From the NCBI GenBank assembly GCA_038062075.1, contig JBBTXY010000003.1, positions 17,589 to 81,588 of the forward strand: 64,000 bases of DNA. The letters are read 5' to 3'. This DNA comes from Patescibacteria group bacterium (GTDB lineage Bacteria; Patescibacteriota; Minisyncoccia; Phycocordibacterales; UBA2100). Numbering within the stretch: position 1 is the first letter of the stretch; the number at the start of each line of letters is the position of its first letter. The notes below the pieces were generated by a model, which was given only the letters and a program-made list of their open reading frames with translations, was not told where the DNA came from and ran no database searches. The position numbers and the translations under genes are program-made. Of the stretch, positions 38,911-48,398 are shown one piece after another.

Positions 38911-40197
38911 ATGAAGGCACGCTATCCGAAACATCATGCGATACGGACCGGCCACATCGCGCGCTGTCAGATATGCAATTCCTTGAAACTGCATCTCATT
39001 CTGGATCTCGGGTTCCAGCCGCCGGCTGACTCGCTCTTAACGACGCAGATGCTCAATGAGCCGGAGAAGACGTATCCCCTGCGGATGGTGTGGTGCGAGA
39101 AATGCACGGGGGTCCAGCTCGATTACTGCGTCGACGGAAAAGAGGTGTATCACCCGAACTATCCATACCGAAGCGGCATCACGAAGCCCTTGGCAGAATA
39201 TCAGCGGAACATCAGCCACTCTCTCATTGAGAAGTACAATCTCGGCCCGAAAGACCTCGTGATAGACGTTGGCTCCAACGACGGGACGCTCCTTAGCGGC
39301 TTCAAGGAAAAAGGCGTGCGGGTCTTAGGCGTTGAGCCGACGAACACTGCCGATATCGCGAACAAAAGCGGCATCAAAACCGTCAAGTCGTTTTTCGACA
39401 TCAAAACAGCGCGTGCGATACGGAAGAAATACGGCAAGGCCGCAGTCATGACCGCGACCAATGTCTTTGCGCACATGCAGACTTTGGGCGAGGTGATCAT
39501 GGGTATCTATGAACTTCTCGAGGACGACGGCGTGTTCGTTTCCGAATCGCACTATCTTTTGGATGTCATCAAAGACAATCAATTCGATACGATATACCAC
39601 GAGCACCTGCGGACGTATTCACTGCACTCCCTTATCGCGCTTTTCAAGCAGTATGATTTCACCATAACGGATGTCGAGCGGGGGAGCCGGTACGGCGGCA
39701 ATATCCGCGTGCATGTCACCAAAGGGAAGGGGAGAAAGGCGAGTCCCGCAGTCGGGAAGCTGCTCGCGGAGGAGAAGAAATTCGGGCTCGGCAAGCTGAA
39801 GACTTACACGACGTTCGCAAAGCGTGTCCGGAAGGCGCGGCTAGAACTCATAGACTTCCTTATTCAGGCGAAGAAGAAAGGCAAGCGCATCGCCGGGAAA
39901 TCAAGTCCCGCCCGTGCCGCGACCCTTCTTAATTACTATGGCATCGACACCGAGCTCATTCCGTATCTGGCTGAACAGCCGACCTCGCTGAAACTTAATC
40001 AGTATCTGCCCGGCGGGCACATTCCGATTGTTGATGAAAAGATTCTTCGTAAAGACAAGCCTGATTACATCGTTTTAATGGCGTGGCATTATGCGAAGGA
40101 GATCTCCAAACGTCTCAAGGTTGAAGGCATACGATCGGACTTTGTCGTGCCGCTTCCCGAAGTGCGCGTGATAAAAAATGCGGCGGTAAAAGCGTAG
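38911..40197 (+). CDS. NDP-sugar C-methyltransferase (TylC3/NovU-like)
   Basis: CxxC zinc domain, DVGSNDG, NVFAH, FDTIYHEH. Confidence 0.85.
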   Translation: MKARYPKHHAIRTGHIARCQICNSLKLHLILDLGFQPPADSLLTTQMLNEPEKTYPLRMVWCEKCTGVQLDYCVDGKEVYHPNYPYRSGITKPLAEYQRNISHSLIEKYNLGPKDLVIDVGSNDGTLLSGFKEKGVRVLGVEPTNTADIANKSGIKTVKSFFDIKTARAIRKKYGKAAVMTATNVFAHMQTLGEVIMGIYELLEDDGVFVSESHYLLDVIKDNQFDTIYHEHLRTYSLHSLIALFKQYDFTITDVERGSRYGGNIRVHVTKGKGRKASPAVGKLLAEEKKFGLGKLKTYTTFAKRVRKARLELIDFLIQAKKKGKRIAGKSSPARAATLLNYYGIDTELIPYLAEQPTSLKLNQYLPGGHIPIVDEKILRKDKPDYIVLMAWHYAKEISKRLKVEGIRSDFVVPLPEVRVIKNAAVKA

Positions 40198-40200
40198 CGC

Positions 40201-41226
40201 ATGCTCAACGTTGCTATTGTCGGCTCGGGTTTTGGTCGGTACGGTCTCCTGCCTGCGTTTGCTGCGGTGCCGCAGTGCACGGTTGTCGCGGTATGCGGGA
40301 AGAAAACAGATTCCCTTCGTAAAGATTGCCGGCGTTTTGGTGTTGAACATATCTACGAAGACTGGCGTGCGCTTTTGAAGAACGAGCGTATTGACGCGAT
40401 TGCGCTCGCGGTAACGCCGCGCGCGCAATACACGATTTCGAAAGCGGCGCTTCGCCAAGGCATCCATGTTTTCGCGGAAAAGCCGCTGGCGGTGGATCTC
40501 GCGCAGGCGAACGAACTCTTGCGCCTCGCACGGAAAAAACGCATTGTCACTGCGGTTGATTTCACCTTTCCGGAAATCGCCGCATGGCAGAAGGTCAAGC
40601 GATTGCTCGATGCGAAGACCTACGGCGAATTGCGGCATATCACAGCGAATTGGGATTTTTTGAGCTACGATATTGCGCACAAACGGAAGTCGTGGAAGAC
40701 CATCGCCGCCGAAGGCGGCGGAGCGCTGTCATTCTTTTTCTCGCACGGGTTGTACTATCTCGAGCATTTCGCGGGGACAATCTCGGATGTGCAGAGTAAC
40801 TTCTCGTACGCGAAGGAAAGTCTCGGCGGCGCGGAGGCGGGCGTCGATATGCTGCTCACGTTCCAGAGCGGAGTCATGGGAAGTGCGCACATCTCCTGCG
40901 CCGCGCGGGGTCTCCACCGCCACCAGCTTCTCTTCCACTGCGCACGTGCGACGATCGTGCTTGAGAACGAAGGGAGCCATATGAGCGGCTTCACGCTCAC
41001 CGTCTACGAGAAAGGGGCGCGGCGCATCGCGGTTTCTGCCGAGCGAGTCGTCAAGCATCAAGATCCACGCGTTCCTTTCGTGAAAAAGATCGCCGCACGG
41101 TTTGTCAGGAGCTGCCGGAGCGGCGCAACGATGCACCCGGGTTTTAAGGAGGGAGTGCGTGTGCAGGAGCTGATAGCACAGATACGATCCCGGCACACAG
41201 GTACGAAACCACGAGCTGCACGTTGA
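40201..41226 (+). CDS. Gfo/Idh/MocA oxidoreductase
   Basis: GSGFG, AEKPL, GGGAL. Confidence 0.85.
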   Translation: MLNVAIVGSGFGRYGLLPAFAAVPQCTVVAVCGKKTDSLRKDCRRFGVEHIYEDWRALLKNERIDAIALAVTPRAQYTISKAALRQGIHVFAEKPLAVDLAQANELLRLARKKRIVTAVDFTFPEIAAWQKVKRLLDAKTYGELRHITANWDFLSYDIAHKRKSWKTIAAEGGGALSFFFSHGLYYLEHFAGTISDVQSNFSYAKESLGGAEAGVDMLLTFQSGVMGSAHISCAARGLHRHQLLFHCARATIVLENEGSHMSGFTLTVYEKGARRIAVSAERVVKHQDPRVPFVKKIAARFVRSCRSGATMHPGFKEGVRVQELIAQIRSRHTGTKPRAAR

Positions 41227-41245
41227 TAAAGGCCTGTACAATGGT

Positions 41246-42685
41246 ATGTCTCGTATGAAAGAGCAGACATTCGATTATATTGTTCTTGGCGGCGGTGTCT
41301 CGGGTTTGGGATTCGCGAAGCGGGTGAGCGAGAACAGCAGGTCGGTGTTGGTCCTCGAAAAAGAAGCAGTTGTCGGCGGCCTCTCGCGGAGCCTCCAGCA
41401 TAAGGGGTTTTATCTGGACTTTTGCGCGCATCGCTTCCACACAAAGAACAAAGCTCTCCTTGATGAGATCCGTTCGCTTCCCGGTCTCACGATGGAGCGC
41501 CATATCAAGAAGAGCCGCATCTACATGTTCGGGAAGTATTTGAAGTATCCGTTCGAGATACAGAATCTCCTTCGCGCCATGCCTATCACCCAGAGCTTCC
41601 TTTCAGGGCTCTCGTTCCTCAAGAACCTCGCGTTGAAATCGCTGCGAACGACGCGAGACCTGCGCTCATATAAAGATTGGTTCGTTCATCTCTATGGTAC
41701 ACGCCTGTATGAAGTCATGTGCCGGCCGTATACCTCGAAGATATGGCATCGTGATCCCAGCGAGATATCCGCAGATTGGGCCGATCAGCGTTTCCAAGGA
41801 GAGAACCTCTCCAAGCTTCTCGGGCGGATCATGAAGAAGATACTCACGCTGGATTTCAGTTCATACAATCTGGAGGACGACAGCCTCGCCCCGGATGGCG
41901 GCGCATTCTACTATCCACTGCGCGGCATCCAGGAGATGCCGGACGCGCTCGCGCGCTCAGCGGAGCGGAATGGCGCTCGCATTCTCACGAAGACAACGGT
42001 CACTAAGGTGAATACCGCTGCACGTACGGTTACGTTCGAGCACGAGGGGGTTCCTCGTACGGTCTCCTATGCTCAACTGATATCGACGATCCCCCTGCAT
42101 GCATACTATGCGCTCCAGGAGCGGCGCGATCCAAGGATCGAAAAGCACCTCACCAGCCTCACGTACATGGACATCATCTTTGTCTATCTATTTCTGGACA
42201 TTCCCCAGGTCTCCAACGACCACTGGTTGTATTTCCCGGACCCGGACATTATCTTCAATCGCGCCGTTGAGTTCTCGAACTGGTCGCCGCAGATGTGCCC
42301 ACCGGGGAAGACCGCGATTTGTTTCGACATCACGGTATTCCTCGAATCACCGGAATGGCAGATGAGCGATGAGGTGCTCATCGAGCGGACGATCGCCGAC
42401 GCGGCGCGCGTGGAGTATGTTAGAAAAGAGCATGTCGAAGAGGGGTTGGTTTTCCGCGTCACGCACGCGTATCCGTTCTACGACCTCGACTATCGAACGA
42501 AACTGGATGCGATCGTCCGCTTTCTTGAGACGGAACACGTGCATCTTCTCGGTCGCACTGGCATTTTCCGCTACAACAACTCCGACAACTCCATCGAGAT
42601 GGGCTTCGAGCTTGCGGAGAAGATGCTTGCCGGGAGATCTGCCGCGAGCGCTCACGAATATCGGGTAAAAGAAGTGAGCTACTGA
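41246..42685 (+). CDS. FAD-dependent oxidoreductase (HemY/UDP-galactopyranose mutase-like)
   Basis: GGGVSGL, E...VGGLSRS, AYP.Y, GR.G.FRYNNSD. Confidence 0.85.
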   Translation: MSRMKEQTFDYIVLGGGVSGLGFAKRVSENSRSVLVLEKEAVVGGLSRSLQHKGFYLDFCAHRFHTKNKALLDEIRSLPGLTMERHIKKSRIYMFGKYLKYPFEIQNLLRAMPITQSFLSGLSFLKNLALKSLRTTRDLRSYKDWFVHLYGTRLYEVMCRPYTSKIWHRDPSEISADWADQRFQGENLSKLLGRIMKKILTLDFSSYNLEDDSLAPDGGAFYYPLRGIQEMPDALARSAERNGARILTKTTVTKVNTAARTVTFEHEGVPRTVSYAQLISTIPLHAYYALQERRDPRIEKHLTSLTYMDIIFVYLFLDIPQVSNDHWLYFPDPDIIFNRAVEFSNWSPQMCPPGKTAICFDITVFLESPEWQMSDEVLIERTIADAARVEYVRKEHVEEGLVFRVTHAYPFYDLDYRTKLDAIVRFLETEHVHLLGRTGIFRYNNSDNSIEMGFELAEKMLAGRSAASAHEYRVKEVSY

Positions 42686-42690
42686 CGGAT

Positions 42691-44079
42691 ATGCATCTCC
42701 TGCGGAGCATGTTCGGCGAGAAAAGGATACGCTTTACGCTTTTCGCGATCTCTCTCCTCGCGCACCTCGTCGTATTCGCGCTGCTCCTCGTGCACTACGG
42801 TCCGTCGGCATCTTTTTTTTCGGTCGACGGGTCGTTGAATGGCAACGACGCGCAGCACTACGTGACGATCGCGAAGAATCTTGCGGAGGGGAACGGGTAC
42901 TCCCGTTTCCCGGACGCGCCATTCGAGCCGGATGCGTTCCGTACGCCACTTCTCCCGCTCTATTTCGTCCCCTTCGTCTTTTTCGGCGGCCTGCCCCTCA
43001 TATGGCTCCCCATTCTTCTTTTAAATCTAATCCTCGCATTCGCGGCGGTCCTCATGTACAAGCTGGCACGGCTCTTCCTCCCGCATGGATATGCGGCGGC
43101 CGCCGGGCTCGCCATGGCGCTTGACCCCTTGTTTTTGTACCGCAGCCAGCTCGCGGAACCGGACGCGCTCTTCGTGTTTCTCACGCTCGGTGCTGCATAC
43201 TTCTGCGCGCTGTTCTGGGGGACCGCGCGTCCTCGCTACATCCTCTTTTCGTCGGTCATCTTAGGCATCTCCATCCTTCTCAAACCGACCGGACTGTATG
43301 TCGCGATCATCCTCTTTGCATGCCTCGCCGCGTTCGTCTTTTTCTTCAGACGAGGAGAGTGGCGCATGCATGCGAGGCATCTCATTTTCGGGGCATTGAT
43401 ACTACTGGCGCTTCTTGCGCCATGGCTGATACGCAACCACGCGTCCTTCGGCGTCTGGGGTATCTCGAGCGTCGGCGGATTTAATCTCTACGAATTCTAT
43501 ACGGTGAACCAGCGGTTGCCCGGTGAGCAAGTGCCCGAGAACATAGCGACGAGCAGTCGGGAACCGAGCCGACACCTTCCGAACCAGTCATACTTTACGG
43601 ACGTTGCAATGGAGAGGATACGAGAGGCGCCGCTCTCCTATGCGAAAGAACAGGCGGTGGGGACGTTGCGCAACCTGTTCGTTTCGGAGTTGCCGGTCAT
43701 CTACTACTATGGCCATAGCGCTCTCTTGCCTTTTCCCTACAATCCGGAGTCAACAACAAACCTGCGCGAACTTCTGCTCCAAGGGGACGGAGCGAGCGTC
43801 TTCTTTGCGCTTGCCCACAATATCCCGAAGGTTCTCTGGTTCGCCGCGCTTCTTTTTGTCTATATCCTTACCTTTCTCGGCTGGCTGTACGCATGGAAGA
43901 AGGATCGTGTCGTCTTCCTCATGTTCACCTCCTTCATCCTGATCTTCGGGTATTTTGTCGTCGCCTCGGGACCGTATGTCGACGCTAAATACCGGATGCC
44001 CGCAATGCCGCTCATCGTGATAGTGTGTGCATATGGCGTTTATGAGTTGCGGAGTCAATGGTGGCGAATACGACCATGA
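42691..44079 (+). CDS. GT-C membrane glycosyltransferase
   Basis: DAQHY..IAKNL..G, FRTP..P, PWLIRN, KYRMP. Confidence 0.8.
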   Translation: MHLLRSMFGEKRIRFTLFAISLLAHLVVFALLLVHYGPSASFFSVDGSLNGNDAQHYVTIAKNLAEGNGYSRFPDAPFEPDAFRTPLLPLYFVPFVFFGGLPLIWLPILLLNLILAFAAVLMYKLARLFLPHGYAAAAGLAMALDPLFLYRSQLAEPDALFVFLTLGAAYFCALFWGTARPRYILFSSVILGISILLKPTGLYVAIILFACLAAFVFFFRRGEWRMHARHLIFGALILLALLAPWLIRNHASFGVWGISSVGGFNLYEFYTVNQRLPGEQVPENIATSSREPSRHLPNQSYFTDVAMERIREAPLSYAKEQAVGTLRNLFVSELPVIYYYGHSALLPFPYNPESTTNLRELLLQGDGASVFFALAHNIPKVLWFAALLFVYILTFLGWLYAWKKDRVVFLMFTSFILIFGYFVVASGPYVDAKYRMPAMPLIVIVCAYGVYELRSQWWRIRP

Positions 44080-44954
44080 GTATTGAAAAAGCATTTGACC
44101 ATAATTCCTTCAGAGGCGAAATACTGCGCCCTGATTTTTTGCGGAGCGTCGTTGAGGCGGGGAATCTCGCACTTAACGTTCGACAAGAGGGTCTTACATC
44201 CGAGGTTAAATCAACAAAGGAAGACATTGTCACCCGCGGCGACCTTGCTGTTTCTTCGATGCTGCGCGAGCGGCTCTCACAGCTTTTCCCGGGGATTGTC
44301 TTTATTGACGAAGAAGTCCCGGAGAGCGACTCGCTTGATATAACAGCGCATGCGATGGTCGCCATCATTGACCCCATTGATGGCACGACGAATTACTATA
44401 ACAAGGGAGAAAAAGATTCTTCGGAAGCTCCCGCAAACCCGAACTGGGCCGTTTCGGTTGGGATCACACGAGAGGGAAAACTACACGCCGGGGTCATATA
44501 TCAGCCAATGCTGCAGAAGTTATTTTATGCGGAAAGGGGTCGTGGTGCCTATATGAATGGCAAACGTCTTCATGTCTCGACGACCCAGTCGCTTTCGGAT
44601 GCGCGGCTCATCTACGATTACCCCTATCCTAAAGACAAGAAGGAATACGAGCTTACCGGCCGTGTACTTGCTGCGCTGGAGCCGCAGATAACGTCTGCAG
44701 AGCGGCTCGGGAGCGCTGTCGTAGAGACCATGGAAGTGGCAGAGGGGAAAAGCGACTTCTTTATGCTTTTGAGGACCCAGCCATGGGATGTGGCCGCCGC
44801 GGCTGTTATCGTCGAAGAGGCGGGCGGGACAGCTTTTAATGCAACAGGTGAGCCGTTCAAAATCGGCAACCGCTCGATCGTACTCACAAATGGAAAGATT
44901 GAAATCGCGCCTCTGATACATCTCATTTACCAGAAATTGGGGAGTGATTCATAA
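44076..44954 (+). CDS. Inositol monophosphatase family protein 4 (SuhB-like)
   Basis: DIVTRGD, DEE, DPIDGTTNY, PWDVAAA.VIVEEAGG. Confidence 0.9.
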   Translation: MSIEKAFDHNSFRGEILRPDFLRSVVEAGNLALNVRQEGLTSEVKSTKEDIVTRGDLAVSSMLRERLSQLFPGIVFIDEEVPESDSLDITAHAMVAIIDPIDGTTNYYNKGEKDSSEAPANPNWAVSVGITREGKLHAGVIYQPMLQKLFYAERGRGAYMNGKRLHVSTTQSLSDARLIYDYPYPKDKKEYELTGRVLAALEPQITSAERLGSAVVETMEVAEGKSDFFMLLRTQPWDVAAAAVIVEEAGGTAFNATGEPFKIGNRSIVLTNGKIEIAPLIHLIYQKLGSDS

Positions 44955-45004
44955 GTCCGGTGCACTGCCTTGCACCCAAGCGCAAAGTAGTGTTTATTGT
45001 GCGG

Positions 45005-46060
45005 ATGCAAAGAAAGATCGAGAAGTCCTCCAAGCCCAAAGGGGAAAAGCCACCAAAAAAAGTCCTCATTACCGGCGCGGCGGGGTTCATCGGTCATCAC
45101 CTGCTGGACTATCTCTTGCAAAAGACCGATTGGGATTTTGTCCTCCTCGATCGGCTCGATGTGTCGGGGAACCTCGATCGTGTTCGGGACATTCCTTCGT
45201 ATGAAGCGAACCGGCATCGCATCCAATTCGAATGGCATGATCTGAAAGCGCCCGTGAATGATTCCCTCGCAAAGCGTCTGGGCAACCCGCACTACATTTT
45301 ACATCTTGCCGCATCAAGCCACGTCGATCGTTCCATCGAGGATCCGATGCTCTTTGCAATGGATAATGTCGTCGGCACGGTCAATATTCTCAATTTTGCA
45401 CGCACATGCAGCAACCTCGAGAAATTCATAAATTTCTCGACCGACGAAGTATTTGGTCCTGCACCCGAAGGGCACGCGCACAAAGAAGACGAGCCGCACC
45501 GGCCCTCAAACCCCTATTCGGCATCGAAAAGCGGGCAGGAAGCATTCGGCTACGCGTTTTTCGTCACGTACGGCCTTCCTGTCGTCACAACGCACACCAT
45601 GAATAATTTTGGGATCCGGCAGCATCCTGAAAAGCTCCTGCCAAAGACCATTTGTTCCGTTCTAAACGGAACGCCGATGCCTATTTTTGCGAAATTGAAC
45701 GCCAAAAGAAAACTTGAGGCTGTTGGCAGCCGCTACTGGATCAACTGCTGGAACACATCGTCTGCTGTGCACTTCCTTCTTGAGCACGGCTCGCCCGGCG
45801 AGAGCTACAACATCATCGGATTCGACGAATTCACGAATCTCGAGATCGCGGAAAAGATCGCAAAGATCATCGGCAAAAAACTCATCCCGAAATTCGTCGA
45901 CTTCCACGCCGTCCGTCCCGGCCATGACCGGCGCTACGCTCTCGACGGCAGCAAGATAAAGAAAATGGGGTGGAAACCTGAAATCCCTTTCGACACATCG
46001 CTCCGTGATACGGTCGAATGGTACCTTGAGCCGAAGAATCGGCATTGGCTGAACGATTGA
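45005..46060 (+). CDS. rfbB: dTDP-glucose 4,6-dehydratase
   Basis: SHVDRSI, STDEVFG, PSNPYSASK, RPGHDRRYA. Confidence 0.9.
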   Translation: MQRKIEKSSKPKGEKPPKKVLITGAAGFIGHHLLDYLLQKTDWDFVLLDRLDVSGNLDRVRDIPSYEANRHRIQFEWHDLKAPVNDSLAKRLGNPHYILHLAASSHVDRSIEDPMLFAMDNVVGTVNILNFARTCSNLEKFINFSTDEVFGPAPEGHAHKEDEPHRPSNPYSASKSGQEAFGYAFFVTYGLPVVTTHTMNNFGIRQHPEKLLPKTICSVLNGTPMPIFAKLNAKRKLEAVGSRYWINCWNTSSAVHFLLEHGSPGESYNIIGFDEFTNLEIAEKIAKIIGKKLIPKFVDFHAVRPGHDRRYALDGSKIKKMGWKPEIPFDTSLRDTVEWYLEPKNRHWLND

Positions 46061-46065
46061 TTGAT

Positions 46066-46776
46066 ATGAAAGGTCTCATACTCGCCGGTGGGAAGGGGAC
46101 GCGGTTGCAGCCCGTGACGTACGTGGTGAACAAGCACATGGTGCCCATCATCAACCGTCCGATGATACTCTACCCCCTTGAGACCCTGAAGTATTTGGGC
46201 GCAACCGACATCATGGTCGTTTCAGGAGGCGGGCACATCGGCGGCATCGCGGAATTTTTGGGCGATGGGTCGGAGTATGGTGTCTCGCTCACGTACCGGG
46301 TCCAAAAAGCCGCGGGCGGTATCGCGCAGGCACTTGGGCTCGCCAAAGATTTTGTTGACGGGCATTCTGTTGCGGTCGTTTTAGGTGACAACATTTTTGA
46401 GAATACGAAGCTTCCGAAAGTACCGAAGAGTGCAGGTGTTGATGAAGCATTCCTCTATTTCGCGCGCACTAAAGATCCAAGCCGCTTCGGCGTGCCGGTT
46501 TTCAAGAAGAACGGCGCGGTCGCGAAGATAGAAGAGAAGCCTACAAAACCTAAGAGCAAGTATGCGGTGACGGGCCTCTATGTGTATCCGCCGAACGTCT
46601 TCGATATCGTCGCCAAACTTAAACCGTCGGCGCGCGGCGAGCTTGAGATCACCGATGTCAACAATTGGTACATCGAAAAGGGGAAATGCAGCCACGCGCT
46701 TTTCAAAGGATTCTGGTCCGATGCGGGGACGCGGGAGTCACTCAAGCAAGTGATAGACTGGGCATACAAGGCCTGA
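46066..46776 (+). CDS. rfbA: Glucose-1-phosphate thymidylyltransferase
   Basis: LAGGKGTRL, LGDNIF, EEKP, KPSARGELEITD, WSDAGT. Confidence 0.9.
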   Translation: MKGLILAGGKGTRLQPVTYVVNKHMVPIINRPMILYPLETLKYLGATDIMVVSGGGHIGGIAEFLGDGSEYGVSLTYRVQKAAGGIAQALGLAKDFVDGHSVAVVLGDNIFENTKLPKVPKSAGVDEAFLYFARTKDPSRFGVPVFKKNGAVAKIEEKPTKPKSKYAVTGLYVYPPNVFDIVAKLKPSARGELEITDVNNWYIEKGKCSHALFKGFWSDAGTRESLKQVIDWAYKA

Positions 46777-46781
46777 ATGAT

Positions 46782-47492
46782 ATGGACACGGCGATCGAAG
46801 GGAAGCTCTCGAGCGTTTCTTTCTTTTGCCCTGCCTATCATGATGAGAAGAACTTGCCGGTTTTGATACCGCGCGTGCACGCATTTCTCTCCGAGATCGC
46901 GCACCGATTCGAGATCGTCATCGTCGAAGATGGGAGCCCTGACACAACGGGGGAGGCGGCTGACGCACTTGCCGCACGATACAAAGAAGTCCGCGTCATA
47001 CATCATCCGAAGAACCTCGGCTATGGAGGTGCTATCCGCGACGGGTTCCTCAACAGCCGTCTGGACTATGTCATGTATACCGACGGCGACAACCAATACG
47101 ACCCCCGCGAATTCGAGGCGGCACTCCCGCTTTTAAGAGAGGCAGATGTCGTGAGCGGGTATGTCCGCGAAAAGGCCGTGAGCGACCTCCGGAAACTGCA
47201 ATCCACTATCTTCAACCTTATGGTCGCCGTGTTGTTTTTTGTCTGGATCCGGGACATCAACTGCTCGATGAAGATATACAAGCGGAAAGTGCTTGATGCG
47301 ATCGAGATAAAAAGCATGAGCGCTTTTATCGATGCGGAAATGCTGGTGTGCGCGCGCCGTGCGGGGTTTCGCATCGCACAATTCCCGGTCACGCACTTTC
47401 GCCGGACCGAGGGCCTTCCGAGCGGATCGAAACTTGCCGTCATCGTCCCCACCATTATGGATATGCTGAAATTTAGATTCGGGCTATTATAA
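46782..47492 (+). CDS. GT2 polyprenyl-phosphate glycosyltransferase (DPM1-like)
   Basis: PAYHDE, EDGSPD, NLGYGGA, DGDNQY. Confidence 0.85.
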   Translation: MDTAIEGKLSSVSFFCPAYHDEKNLPVLIPRVHAFLSEIAHRFEIVIVEDGSPDTTGEAADALAARYKEVRVIHHPKNLGYGGAIRDGFLNSRLDYVMYTDGDNQYDPREFEAALPLLREADVVSGYVREKAVSDLRKLQSTIFNLMVAVLFFVWIRDINCSMKIYKRKVLDAIEIKSMSAFIDAEMLVCARRAGFRIAQFPVTHFRRTEGLPSGSKLAVIVPTIMDMLKFRFGLL

Positions 47493-47498
47493 AGCCCC

Positions 47499-48398
47499 AT
47501 GATTACCACGAACGATACAGTGCTCATCACCGGCTGCGGTGGCATGCTCGGCGAAGGCGTCTACAAGCGCTTTAAGGATCATGTGAAGGTGTTTGCGACC
47601 GATATTGATCTGAACGAGCCGTGGCTTACGCATCTCGATGTGCGGGATGCGACAGAGGTTGAGAAACGCCTCGACGAGATACGGCCTGACTACATCGTCC
47701 ACCTCGCTGCGCTCACGGACATGGAATACTGTGAGACGCATCCGGAGGACGCGCAGGCGACGAATGCTGACGCAGTCGCTCATTTCGCGCCGTATGTGGA
47801 AAAGAACGCGACGCCGTTCGCGTATATCTGCACTGCCGGCATCTTCGACGGAGAAAAAGAAGTGTATCAGGAAGACGACATTCCCAATCCTTTGAGCGTG
47901 TATGGGAAGACGAAATACAGCGGGGAGCTGAACGCAAAGAAATATCAAAAACATGTCGTCGCGCGCGCCGGCTGGATGATGGGCGGGGGTCCTACAAAAG
48001 ACAAGAAATTCATCAATAAGCTCATCAAACAGGTGAAGGGTGGAGCGAAAGAGCTCTTTGTCGTGGACGACAAATTGGGGACACCCTGCTACACCTACGA
48101 TCTCGCCAATATCCTCTATACGCTCCTGGATAAAGGGCACCACGGCGTCTTCCACGGGGTCTGTGAAGGGGGAGGTTCGCGAGCGGAAATCGCACGCTTT
48201 CTTTTACAATGTCTCGGTCGCGAAGATGTGAAGATAACAGAAGTTGCTTCTGATTATTTCAAGACAACCTATTTCGCGCCGCGTCCGCGATCGGAGAAGA
48301 TGATCAATAAGCACCTGCATGACCTCGGCCTCAACCTGACGCGCGATTGGCATGACGCCGTCGAGGACTACGCCCGCACGTTCGACTGGGGCGTATGA
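47499..48398 (+). CDS. rfbD: dTDP-4-dehydrorhamnose reductase-like
   Basis: TGCGGMLG, FDG, NPLSVYGKTK, GTPCY, APRP. Confidence 0.8.
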   Translation: MITTNDTVLITGCGGMLGEGVYKRFKDHVKVFATDIDLNEPWLTHLDVRDATEVEKRLDEIRPDYIVHLAALTDMEYCETHPEDAQATNADAVAHFAPYVEKNATPFAYICTAGIFDGEKEVYQEDDIPNPLSVYGKTKYSGELNAKKYQKHVVARAGWMMGGGPTKDKKFINKLIKQVKGGAKELFVVDDKLGTPCYTYDLANILYTLLDKGHHGVFHGVCEGGGSRAEIARFLLQCLGREDVKITEVASDYFKTTYFAPRPRSEKMINKHLHDLGLNLTRDWHDAVEDYARTFDWGV

